A stretch of 49,306 nt of DNA, filler included, from Ionaspis alba (Eukaryota): NCBI GenBank assembly GCA_964255285.1. It is 2 parts of 2 records of this genome, joined end to end, with 100 filler letters (N's around TTAATTAATTAA, not from the genome) between each part and the next. Parts side by side here need not be neighbours in the genome. Positions count along the whole stretch, not along the records: positions 1 to 24,629 come from CAXUUL010000170.1; 1 more part is not named here. The stretch is one strand, 5' to 3'. This document shows, one piece after another, positions 1 through 12,415 of this stretch. The notes under the pieces were generated by a model. That model worked only from the letters and a program-made list of their open reading frames with translations, did no database searches and was not told the origin of the DNA. Each line of letters begins with the position of its first letter. The first letter of the stretch is position 1. Position numbers and translations under genes: made by a program.

Positions 1-3000
1 CACCATCCCCCCTCTCAACCTCTCCTTCTCCATCTCCGCCCCCCTCGGACTGGCAACCCTAAACCCGCCTCCCGAACTCTCCACCGGACTCCGACTCGCC
101 TCCTTATCCCTCTCCTCCGCATCCAATCTCTTCCGCCAACTAGCCAGACTATCGCTCAACTCGCCCCCCGTACCCGCGGTCGGTGTTCGCTCGAAGTCGA
201 ATTGGCTGCTGAGTCGGTACGTCCGATGCGTGCCTTCCCATTGTGTGCGAAGCGTTTCGAGTTCGGATGCCAGGCTGTCGAGAGCCATGCTGCTGCGGTC
301 GTTGGGGCCGGAGGTGCTGAAGGCGGAGTCGGCGCCTATGCTGTTGTTGTGGGAGTGCCCGCTTATGTTGATGTTGGAGTTTGTGCTGAGGTTGCGGGCG
401 TGGCCGATGCCGTTGACTTGGGGTTGATGGGATTGTCGCCTGTAGTTGTCGACGGAGGATTCGACCTGGTCGAGTAGGAGCGAGACTTTGTTTTCGGCAT
501 CTAGAGCTCTGGACTCGAGTCGGGAGTTCTCGTTCTTGAGTTGTTCTAATTCGGCTCGGGCTTGCTCGGTGGTTTGTGTGAGATGCTGCTGGGTTTGTTC
601 GTTGCTGCTGCGGAAGTGGTCGCGTTCTTCTTGTGCAGTACGGAGCTCTGTTCGGACTTCTTGCATTTGACGCTCGAGCTGGTATACGGAACCTTTGACA
701 CTCTCTTGCATTTCCTCGATCTCGCGACGCAGGGATTGTCGCTCAGTCTCCCAATCCGCTGGTGGCTCTGAATCTATACCACGGCCAGACTCGCTGCGCA
801 TTGATTTCTCTAGGTCGGACTGTAATCGTATATTCACGTCTTTGGACTTTTTGAGCTCGTCTTTCATCCGCTTGAGCATCTTCTCCGTTCCTTTGACATA
901 AGAGACTGCCGACTGGTAGTCTTGTTCTAGCTGTTCAAGCTTTTCTCTGTAGATCTTTTCGGATTCTTGTTCCCTCAATTCAAAATCGGATTTCGTCTCG
1001 TCGTGTGCTCTTCGACTTTCATCGAGTTGCTGCTCCAGGTCGCGTAGACGAGCCGTGTCGGGAGATCCAAGGCGCCCACTTGCACTATCAAGATTTCGTG
1101 ATCTGTCCTGCCTAGAAATCGATCTTTCATCAAGCAATTCTTTCAAAGCACTGTGCTGAACAGTCATTGCACTTGCATCACGCTGGTGGCTCTCTAGCTG
1201 CTGTTTTACAGTGGCGTGCTGAGCTTGGAGATCTTGAGCTGATCGCACAGCATCTTGCAGCTGTTTGCGTATTGCCAGATTCTCCCTGCTGGCCAGTTCT
1301 TGGTAAGCCTCAAGCCCGGCGATCCGTTCTTCAGCGCCCCGAAGTTTGTCAGCTGCAGTATCAGCATCTGCCTGGCTCTGTTGCATGAGAAGGTTAGCTT
1401 CTTTGACCTGCTGCTGTAGTATCGACAATCGCTCGTCTGTCATCGGAGTCTGAGCACTGGCTGGATCCCGAGTGTGAATCTTTTCAAGGCCTGATAAGAC
1501 AACGTTTCGATGGGTTTGGGCTTCATTTGCATGCTTGTCTGCGAGTTCCTCGGCATCTCTGAGCTTTCGGCTTGTCGCTTCGAGCTCCGCAGTCCTCTCC
1601 TCGTGCTCGGACCTTAGTTGAAGGAGCTTTTGCTGAACAATCTCTCGCTGCTCCCTTTCCTCACTGAGTTTTCTTTCCAAAAGAGAAGACTTGTCGTTCG
1701 AAGCGGTGACGGCTTCACGGAGGGAACCGATCACTGTAACGTGATTGCTTGAATTTGTGACATGACTCTGAAGCTGACGTGTAAGGTCCTCCTTGTCAAC
1801 CTCCAGCATTTTGGACCTCGAATGTGCATCTGCACGCTGGGCTGCTGCGTCCCTCGCTGTCTTTTGTGCTTCGTGTAACTCTGCTCTGAGGCTTTCAATC
1901 TCTCCTGGATGATGCACCTGTTCCAGCTCGGCTGCACGGCGATGAGCTGCTTCGGCAGTATCTTCAGCTACTTCGCGAGCTCGTTTCTCGGCTTGAAGTT
2001 CCGCTGAAATTGAATCGAGCTTGGCCCGTAATTCGCTCTGAACCGCCAGGGCAGACCCGAGTTTACGGGTGATGTCCGTTGAGCGCTCAGGGTCCGAAGA
2101 GTGCAGAGATGCGTCGTCCAACTGTGCAGCGCTCGCGTTAGAAGTGCCACCGTGAGCCGCCAGTTTTGCCTTAGCGTACGCGGCTTCTCTGATGGCGGCG
2201 TCTCGTTGCTGTTCAGCCTCGGTTACTTGCTGCGCTGCGGCTTGGATTTGTGACCCGACAGAGTTCTGGACATCCGCAAGCTCTGCCTTCATAGCTATTA
2301 GAGCTTGGACCAGCGGTTTTTCGTCGTCATCAAAGGACTGGGCAGATTTATCCTCTAGCATTGAGCTACGTGATGTGGCTTGATTATAACCAGCCTTGCG
2401 GGCTAAGGCGAGCTCTGATTCGTACCAGACGTTCCGATTCTTTGCAGCCTCGAGTTTTTTGCTCAAACGTTCCAGCTCCTTGCTTGATTGCTCCATAGCA
2501 TCACGATGAGCTGCTTCGAGCCTGGCTACTTCTTGAGCATCATCGGAACTTTCCGGAACCGACCTTGATTGTGCTAACTCCTGGGAGTCCGGCACCTCAA
2601 ATTCATCAAAGAATTCGGGCTGTTCAGGGTAAATTGATTCGCCTCTGTGTTCCTCGAAAGACCTAGGTATCTCATTGACTCGATGAGCCACGTTGCCGAT
2701 TCTAGACGGCTGTTGTGCCTGTACAGGTCGAGTGCTCGTGCCTTCGTTCATGACCGGACTTATAGCCCGACTTGATAAACCGCGCGGATTCTCGTGAGCA
2801 GCTGGTGGAATCTCTTGTCGTTCATAGGAGCCAACTATATCAGGAGCGGGACCGTATGTTCTCACATCTCTAGTAGGTGTCCTACTTCGAGGAGCCGCCG
2901 CAGGTGGCATGACACCATTTGCTCGCGGTGGTGGAGCTTGCTGTTGTGGTGGAGGTCCAGAAGGCGCCTGAGTTGCCCCTGTGCGAGGAAATCTAGCACC

Positions 3001-4771
3001 TGGCCCTGGTGCGGATTGTCCATTCATCATACCAAGGTCTGGCCCACGGCTCATAGGGCCAGGCCCTGGAGGAATGTTTTCACGAGACCCAGTAAAAAAG
3101 CGCTTGGAATTGTCCGGAGCGCTGACTGGAACATCTCGAGGATTTATCTGCTTGCCTTGCGGCGTGGCGGTTTTCTCCGTACTTGGTCGACGGCTGCCAA
3201 GAACTCTTTCACCCGAAGGAGTCTGTTGGATCTGCTGGTCATTCGGATATCGTATCTTCCCAGTATCGAGTACGTATACCAAACTCAACTCACCAGCGTC
3301 TCTAGGTTCAGAGCTTGGCTCTCCCGCGAGTACGACTATCAAATTTCCGTAGGCAGTCATGCTATGGCCCGATCGGGGCGACGGTGATGGACCCATGTTT
3401 TGGAATGTATACCATCTTCTCGATGTAATCCTGAACGCAGCAAGATCTCCCAAATCGTTTCCGTCCTGCGTGCGTCCCCCAAATATGTACATCACATCAT
3501 TGACGAGTGCTGCTGAGTGTCCCTCTCGGGGCTGTGGAATATACCCTATACAGTCCAGTTGAGTCCACCCGTTGTTCCGCGGATCGTATGTCCAAACATC
3601 GTTGAACCATTGTATACCATCAGTGCCGCCGAACCTGGAGCTTTGTAAGCATATGAATTCATCGAAGAAATTAAGGGAAGACTCACAGATAAAGCTTATC
3701 ATTGTAAGTCACGACTGTGTGGTTGGTTCGTCCCAGAGGCACTTGCCCGCCCGAAGGTTTCTCGTGGATAGAATCCTGAATAAGCATTTCCCATCGATTG
3801 TTGGGATTCTGTAGAGCATTCAAATCGAAGGCAATCAAGTCGTTGAAAAAATGGCCATCGACCTGCCCACCAAAGATGTAGATTTTCGAACCCAGAATAT
3901 TTAGCGTATGACCATATCGTCCGGCCGGTCGCGGTCCTGGAGGCAAGGCTCTCGACCACTGGCGAGTTGCTACTGCGAGTTAGCCTCATGTCATTTGTGA
4001 AGATTCAGATACCTACAAGTATTGAGAAGATATAAGGTATCGTCCAGTGGATCATTGTCATCCTGCTTCGTGTCTCCACCGAAGACGATGAAAGCGTTTC
4101 CTACGAGCAGACTGGCGTGGCCGACTCTAGGTCCAGGACCTTCGGAAGTGGTTCCGATGGGGTAACAGGCCAGGTTCCCGCCTCCAGCCTCGATCATCCA
4201 CAAGTCCCCTTTCACGGTCTGTCCATTTACCAAACCACCCATAACGTATATATCTCCTTCTTTCGACGAGGATGCATTGACCGCGGCGCCATACCGAGGA
4301 AATGGATTTGGCTGTGAAGTCGTGAAAGCCAAACGACGTTGTGACCATGGGTAGAGATTTGCGTTTTGCGGGTTGTTTGAAGGCGTAGGACCGTTCATGC
4401 CAGGTCGTGGGCCGTACTAGTGAATAAGCAGATTAGCATTGCGGGACAAGACCTTTTCAATCGAAGCAACAAGGCTGTTTTGAGGACAACGAGTTGAGTG
4501 CTATTGCGAACTGACTTACAGGCGCATCAAGGCTTTGGTCGCCACGAGAGATAGCTCCACGTTCCGGGCTCGGAGTCGTAGCCCCGCCTCCCCCAAGTGA
4601 ATTTAAGGAATTATTTACACTGCTCCCAGGAGTAGTCTCTTGTGCTCCAGGTTTCTCCCTGGTCCCGTTTACTGTCGGAGTCGATAGATTGGAGCCGCTG
4701 GCAGCATTTGTTTCTCGTTGACTGGATCCGCCACCTGAAGGAGGTTTCTTCTTGCCGAACAAGAAAGACAT
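1..4771 (-). CDS. tea1: Kelch-repeat/coiled-coil cell polarity protein (Tea1/TeaA/Kel1 family); 3' end lies beyond the window edge
   Basis: Exons 4771-4520, 4416-4017, 3969-3687, 3634-<1 joined by GT..AG introns (103, 47, 52 nt). Kelch repeats: PFPRYGAA, PGPRVGHASLLVGNAFIVFGG, PAGRYGHTLNILGSKIYIFGG, PREGHSAALVNDVMYIFGG, PSPRSGHSMT. These are followed by long coiled coils and C-terminal motifs DYQSAVSYVKGTEKMLKRMKDEL and LLLDQVESSVDNYRRQS. No stop is reached before position 1. Confidence 0.93.
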
Positions 4772-5707
4772 AACGGCTTGAAGGGGGAGTTGTTCAACGA
4801 AAGGTAAGGCTCGTATATATCGTCAAGATATTCTGAGAGGTGGCAACGAAAGTGTCCAAGTATATGGCTCTGGACTGGTAGATATAAGATATCTAGAAGT
4901 TGGAGAGCGGTCCAGAGGAGGCAATTGGGGTATAATTCATGCGCCGGCGACCACCAAAGAGTCTCTCAATTGGGAACATCCGGCGCATGCGATTGCGATA
5001 ACGATCAATCTTGCTGAGTGGAGCTTTTTGGTTCGGAGAGGTTTGTGGGAAGTGTAAGGAGATCTAAATCTTCAACCTGTGGTAAGCTTCACACCCTCAG
5101 CCACAAATCAGGGCCTCCGTACCTGGATTGCAACTGCAAGTCGAAGCGGCGAAATACGAGAGGCGGCAGCGCATGTGCCAACGCGGACGACAGAGAAGCT
5201 TCGAGGCGAAAGCAAAGGAGACGATAGATGGGAAGAAAAAGATTACCAGGTCTTAGGGGATTGAGTAGTGGAGGTACAAAGGTGGAGAGTAACCGTTCAC
5301 GGACTCTCGCCTTGTTCTTGGGAGTTGTTTCGCATTTTTAGGGGGTGCATTTAGAGTCTCTTTGACCTGCAGGGATGTCAGCCTTGATTTCATCGCGCGC
5401 TTCCCGTTGGTCCACAGTTTCCCCACATCGCTCTTTCGTATCATCTTCTGCAAGAGTCAAGCTCGAAAGACATGCCATAACGATCATATACATATCGTAT
5501 ATTTTCTTCAATTGTTACTTCCAACAACGATAATTCTAGCAGACCTTTCACAACCTAAGAGCTACGGGTATAAAAATAGTAAGCCGTAGGATTATTGTGG
5601 TAGTTGCAACTTTGTATTCCCTGCTAACGCTTTGACCAACAGGTACGATAAGACAGTGCCTACGAAACACATATGTAGTATAAGATTGACTATATGGAGG
5701 CCGTTCC

Positions 5708-5914
5708 CCACGTCAAATGAGCACTTCTATGAGACTGTCCTCTAAGCTTCACGTGTAGTAGCAAGGTAGCTGCACCTAGACGCTGTAGGAAAGAGTCTGG
5801 CAATCTCATGGCAGTTAGTGCTTCGGCTAAGAGTAACTAGTGCCACGTGCTAAAGCTGTCCGGCAGCCATGTTTATCCGCTGCCGATGCATGGATATGGC
5901 CGCCCCCACGCGTG
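5708..5914. promoter_or_regulatory. Motif cluster in the divergent tea1/KOG1 intergenic region (CRE-like CCACGTCA, two CACGTG E-boxes, ACGCGT MCB-like site)
   Basis: CCACGTCA 5708-5715, CACGTG 5750-5755 and 5844-5849, CACGCGTG 5907-5914. Function is inferred only. Confidence 0.3.
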
Positions 5915-6131
5915 ACCGTTAATTTACCTCTACGGAATGTGGTTGCGGCTGCATCGAGCCTGATATCCTCTATCAAGGCTACGAGTCTTGAGAATTGGCT
6001 GATCGGGACATAGGGCGTTGGGGGCTTCTTTCTATCTGACCTGCGTTTTCTATGTTGCCGGAGATGACCGCATTTTCCAATTGAATTCACAGTGAATTCT
6101 GACATGCACGGACGGAAGATTCAAGCCTTGC

Positions 6132-9100
6132 ATGAATCACGACATCAAAGCCAGGGAAACATTCGATCACGTTGCCGTCACCATGCAACGGCCAAATCAC
6201 CAACTACAACGAGCAACAACGGACTTCGGTCCCCGCAGACCTTCACCCTCGAGGTATCCACGAGATGACGAGAACTGGGAGCTGCGCCATGGCTGGGAGG
6301 AGGAGTACAATTCTGAGGAATACCTCACAATTCTCAACTCGGTATGGAACCTGGGACGGCGTACATGTTAATGTGTCATTCGTTGACTCTCCTATCCAGA
6401 CCTTCTACATGTACTACACCGACAAACGGCACGAGTCTGGAGGGAAGCCCAAACAAGAAGATCACGCAGAACCCGTGGAGGAATGGCGGATGAAGATCAG
6501 GGTGAAGACTGTATTTGCTGCCTTGATGCTGTGCCTGAACATTGGCGTCGACCCTCCAGACGTCGTCAAAACCAATCCTACAGCCACACTGGAATGCTGG
6601 ATTGACCCAACGTCACCAGCATCTGCAAGTACGAAGGTCATGGAAACGATTGGCAAGGCTCTCCAGACACAGTATGAGACCCTAAGTATCCGAACACGCT
6701 ACAAGCAATTTCTCGACCCCTCCGTCGACGAGACCAAGAGATGCTGTGTGACGCTTCGCCGCCAATCTCGCGACGAGAGAGTACTCTTCCACTATAACGG
6801 CCATGGAGTACCTCTACCGACTTCTTCTGGTGAGGTCTGGTATTTCAATCGCAACTATACTCAGTATATTCCGGTATCTTTGTATGACCTCCAGCTGTGG
6901 CTGGCAGGGCCAAGCATCTACGTTCTGGACGTCTCACATGCGGGAAATGTTGTTCAGAACTTTGGTCGTTTCATTGAAAAACATGAACAAGAGAACAAGG
7001 ATGCTAGAGAGAAAGACCCGAACGCTCAGATCCAGAGCTATAGTGATAATATTCTTTTGGCTGCCTGCGGAAAAGCTGAAACTCTGCCAACAAATCCGCA
7101 CTTACCTGCCGACCTCTTCACAGCATGTCTCACTACACCTGTTGCAATCTCTCTGAGATGCTTTGTACTAGATAGTAAGATTCCCTTGGACATCACCCTG
7201 AAAGATCTGGAAAAGGTACCAGGACGTCTACAGGAGCGCAGGACTCCCCTTGGAGAACTGAACTGGATTTGTACCGCCATCACCGACACCATCGCATGGA
7301 GCTGCTTACCGCGTGACCTTTTCAGGAAGCTCTACAGACAGGATCTTATGGTCGCTGCGCTGTTTCGCAATTTCCTCCTCGCAGAAAGGATCATGAAAGG
7401 AAACAACTGTCATCCAGAGACCTTGCCTGAGCTTCCTGCTACGCACAATCATCCTCTGTGGCAATCGTGGGATCTCGCCATCGAGATGGTTCTGACTCAG
7501 CTGCCAGCCATGATTGCAAGCGAAGAAGGTGGTCGCCATTACGAGTACCAGCACTCGAGCTTCTTCGCTGAGCAATTGACTGCTTTCGAGGTCTACCTTT
7601 TTCAAGGAGCTCCGCACAAGAAGGCACCAGACCAACTACCAATTGTGCTTCAAGTCTTGCTTAGTCAAGTACATCGCCTCCGTGCTCTCATACTGCTAAG
7701 CAGATTTCTCGACCTAGGACCCTGGGCAGTAAATCTCGCTCTGAGTATCGGCATCTTCCCTTACGTTCTCAAACTTCTCCAGTCCGCATCTCACGAACTC
7801 AAGCCTGTCATGATTTTCATATGGGCTAGAATACTTGCAGTTGATGTTTCGTGTCAGCTCGATCTTCTTACAGACAATGGATATCAATATTTCCTCAGCG
7901 TCTTGAAGCCCGACGCTGGTTTACCAGTCCCAAATGCTAGTGAACATCGAGCGATGTCCGCATTCATAATCGCTCAATTTTGCAAAAACAACAGACCAGG
8001 TCAGATGGTGTCTCTGTCCCCCGAGCTCCTTCAGGCATGTATCGACCACCTGCAGGATGCAGATAATCCCCTGCTTCGCCAGTGGTCTTGTCTGTGCATC
8101 AGTATGCTCTGGCAGGATTTCGCAGAGGCCAAATGGGCTGGCATTCGTGCCAATGCTCATCAACGGCTTTGTGAAATGGTGTTAGATCCTGTCCCGGAAG
8201 TCAGAGCTGCAGCACTTCACGCGTTGACCAACTTCCTGGGAATACCTGACTTGACGGAACAAGTCGCCAACACTGAGCAATCGATCGCGGCGACGATAAT
8301 GATGATGACATCTGACGGCAATAGCATGGTTCGCAACGAATTATTGGTGTTCTTTTCCCAATTCATCAATAGATACGAGAATAAAATCTTGGTAGCTGCA
8401 TATGAAGAACTCGTGGAAGAGCGACATAGATTGCAGAACCCTCAGATGGAGCACGAGAATAACAGGACTTCCTCAATGCATATTACACGGGCATCAGTGG
8501 ACTCTACTCAATCAGACAGATCGGAAGGCTTGTCGAAATACAGCGTATATGCGTCAATCTGGAAGCATGTCCTGATCATTTCCGTCGATCCTCAGCCGGA
8601 AGTCGCTCGAAACGCCACCATCATAACAGACTACGTGCACCTGAGGCTACTCAGCTCGCCCCTAGCTTCTCGAACTCAATCAGTAATGGATGATCTGATC
8701 CAGCTTGGCAAACGCCCAGCGCTCTCGCGACAGCCCTCAGCAACTCCGCTGCCGAGATTAGCAGAGATGCCGATTACCACAGCACCTCAACAGAAGAAGA
8801 ACGAGGGTTATCTTTCGCTGGGTATCAAGCGAACCGCGAGTGTGGCGGCTGCTCTGAAACATCTTGCTTTAGGACAAACATCGCCTGAGCATTCCTTACA
8901 TGCATCGCCTTCTACGTCGACTGTCAACAATCAACCACACCGGCGTCCTACCGGGCCAACGCGAGCACGGGTGCCCGATGAATGGAGTCGACCACCGGAT
9001 GCTCACGATCATACTCTGCATTCTGCAACCTATCAACAAGCTAAAGAGCCAATGCCTCGAGGCTTTCGAAGTGAAGATCATCAAGAAATCCCCACCATCC

Positions 9101-10494
9101 CGTTGAGGAGTGGTTTCTATGACTGGTCTGTAGAAGTGAGTGCAATTCTCACATTCATAATACATAGTCATTTTAATAGCTCTTTAGTATTTCCGTGAGC
9201 CTCAAATGCGAGCAAATGAGCCGGACGAGCCTGGCAGTGATGACTACAATGCTCGTCTGTGGAGGAGATCGAGGAACGAGAAGACTTTGAGCACAACGCA
9301 GCCTCTCAAAATTCTCGCTGGGACTAGCCGATGGGACGTTGCGACTGGCTCTTTTGCGAATGGAAGTCAACCTATGAAACTTTGCTTTCATCAGTACGAA
9401 GATCATCTTGCAGTGGCCGACGATCGAGATAGTATCTGGTGAGGCATTCCTTCGCTTTCGTATTGCCAGAGGCTAATAAGATATAACAGCATCTGGGACT
9501 GGCAGGAGAAGACACGACTGAACCGCTTTTCCAACGGTAATCCGGCAGGATCGAAGATCAACGAAGTCAAGTTTCTCAACGAAGATGACCAGGCTCTTCT
9601 CATTACTGGATCGTCCGACGGAGTGGTCAAGATCTTCAGGGATTATGATTCAGAAGAACGGGTTGAGATGGTGGCGGCTTTTCGCGGACTAAACGATCTC
9701 GTCCCAAGCACGAAGAATGTTGGTATGGTCTTCGACTGGCAGCAGAGCCAGGGGAAGCTGCTCGTTGCTGGCGATGTGAAGGTCATCAGGATATGGAATG
9801 CAGCCACTGAGATTTGCACCAATGTGAGTCTGATGTTCTTCGAGAGGTCAATTCAAAACTGAATCGAGACAGGAAATCCCGGCGCGTTCTGGATCTTGTA
9901 TCACCTCTTTGACATCGGATCAAGTCGCAGGCAACGTTTTTGTTGCAGGCTATGGCGATGGTGCCGTACGTGTCTTCGACCAGCGAGAGAGACCTGCATC
10001 GGCACTCAAGCAAGCCTATCGCACACACAAGCAATGGATCACCAATGTTCACATGCAGCGCGGCGGAATGAGGGAGCTCGTAAGCGGAAGTCGTAATGGC
10101 GAGATCAAGCTCTGGGATATTCGGATGAAGGAGGAAATCCGAACCATCACAGCTACGAGAAATACTCTACGCACTCTGAGCGTTCATGAACATGCTCCAG
10201 TCTTTGCCACGTGAGTCCACTCTTGCTGTGCCCTCTCTATCTGTGCATACAAGCTAATTATATCTCTCAACTAGTGGATCCGACAAACACAACGTCAATT
10301 TCTTCAACGTCAACGGTGCCTTCCTCAACAGCATCGTCCCCAACGCCAGCTTCTTGCAGAATAATCGCTCAAACCCCATCGCTGCGACAGCATTCCACCC
10401 CCATCGTATGATGCTCGCCTGCTCGTCTCTGCACGATCAGCATATCAATCTCTTTACATGTCAGGACCGGCGCAGTCTTGTTGAGGAACTTTGA
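6132..10494 (+). CDS. KOG1: Raptor / TORC1 subunit Kog1 (Mip1)
   Basis: Exons 6132-6341, 6400-9135, 9188-9438, 9490-9823, 9873-10210, 10275-10494. Raptor N-terminal domain (LCLNIGVDPPDVVKTNP, RVLFHYNGHGVP, PADLFTACLTTP, LYRQDLMVAALFRNFLLAERIM), HEAT region (QLPIVLQVLLSQVHRLRALILLSRFLDLGPWAV) and C-terminal WD40 repeats. The start could instead be ATG 6183. Confidence 0.96.
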
Positions 10495-10854
10495 GCATGG
10501 CTGTTCCACCGTTTTTTTTCCCTTCTTCTTAATGGTGGACGTCTCCGGTTTAGGAGCCTTGCTTTGCATCTAACAAAGTCATGATTTACGGCCTTTTTGA
10601 GCGGTTTAGCAAGGTGTTAGTCTGACAGGGCTATAGCATTGCGTTGCGGCCGGGTTCTAGACTAGGGGTTCTGGTGGTGCCTCGAACTCAGTTGTTTCTA
10701 TGGTCTATTCTCTACCGAGCGTCGAAGATGATACTCTAAGAGATCGATGATCCTATAATAAAACCACTTGCACTAGCAATGCTTAGACGAGCTCTACCTT
10801 TCTCTTGGACGGGGTTCACATTGTAAAACTCAAGAATAAGTTTTGAAACTCGAC

Positions 10855-12171
10855 TCACATTACTGAGGACTGCTGCTCTGTCCCAGCTTCTTCCTGGCTT
10901 TCTGGAACCTTCTGGAGTAGATGTTCTGCAAGTGGGAGACACATTCTCCATATCCGGCTCCGATTGACTAGCCCCAAGACCCTCTTCTTCGACTCGTGAT
11001 TGCACATGGCTTGTAGGTCAAAGTAGAGCCTGGGCCAATTCGACTTGCTAGTTGCGTCTGCAAAGCGCAAGTCCCACATCCAAGGCATATCGGCGATGAT
11101 ACGGCGTCTCCAGAAGTTGGATGCTTCAAGTTGCCACGACACAACTGGTGCAGCAAAGCTCAGGTGAAGAATATCACGGGGTACCAAGAGGTCGATGATA
11201 TCTAGCATGATTTCTGTTGGAACTTGGGTGAGGTTGTCAGCTCTTGGAGAAAGACTGCCCTCGTCCTGGGCAGATTTGCGGTTTCTCATGGCGGGAATTT
11301 CTTGGAAGTAATTTGCGTCATACTGTACCGAAAAATTCTCCGAATAGCTATACAGTATTAAAATAAAGAAAATAGAAGGGCCTATATAAGGGGAGTCGTA
11401 CTCGAGGATCCAATCAGAGCAGAAAGGATTGCACAGGAAATCCTAAGCAGTAGCTTCAAGTCAGCATTGACAGAATTCCCATATATTGAAGCTGGAACGT
11501 ACTCGTCTCCTACGGACCCAGTCATTCAAGTATTTTATTTCTGAGTCTCTAGTTCGTATGGGAGGATAATATGCTTCATCGCAAAGGCGCTCATTGACCG
11601 CTTGAGAACGATCAGAAAGGCAAGTGTGAACGGTGTCTGGCGTCATGACCGACAGCTGATTTCGTGCGTCTCTCCAACGATCGTCGGTATTTCTGTAATA
11701 TCCGATGGTTCGCGGTAGCATCATATCATGGCAGTCCCTGTGTACAAAGAGCAACGTCGACCGCGATTGCCGATTGGAAAAGGAGTCGTCTAGGTCAGTA
11801 ACACTTATAGTCAAGAGCTCTACTTCCCCTTCTCCACCGTCACTGGTATATTCAATATTAAGTGGTGAGCCTACGATACCCCCTCTGCAGAATTCGATAT
11901 CCGAACCTCTAATGCGTCCTATTCCAGACATGAAGCATCCTTTGTGCATGTCTTCAATTTCGTCTTGTTGACCTTGTGGTAATGATCGTGGCTGAGCTCG
12001 CTCCGGATATCTGCCAAGAATATAGAAGCGGTTGAGCCATAGGGTTTGGTCTTGCGTAATAGGCTTATATGGACTTTTACTAGCGTTGTATGACTGGAGA
12101 AGCTCATGACCGGGAACGCAAAAGCAAGCACCACATATCGAACAACGCAACTGTAATGGATAGTCGTACAT
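10855..12171 (-). CDS. Fungal F-box domain protein with N-terminal CxxCG motif
   Basis: Exons 12171-11503, 11442-11402 (41-nt microexon), 11347-10855 join in frame. N-terminal CSICG. F-box-like LTQVPTEIMLDIIDLL followed by FWRRRI..DMPWMWDL..NW..LY..GLVNRSRIW, a pattern seen in a fungal F-box family. Confidence 0.75.
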
Positions 12172-12415
12172 GCTGAACAAAATTTGGGGTTGCTGTGAAA
12201 AGATCAAGATGCAGAATCTCAGAGTGATCAGTCGGGTGGAATAGACGGTGAAGTACCTGAGGAAATTAGGCAACGGCTTGTTCGCTTCCACCATAACCCT
12301 AAGCGGTGATTCATTTTCAGCCCTATGACCTGCCTTTCAATTGGACGTCAACCACCAAACCTACGTGGACGATCAGGACGTCAGTGATCATTTACTGCGC
12401 GTTATTCGACCGAAT

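Noticed and set aside
2794..3387. 197-aa ORF on + strand and other short + ORFs in 200-4300
   Set aside because: Antisense to the tea1 coding exons.
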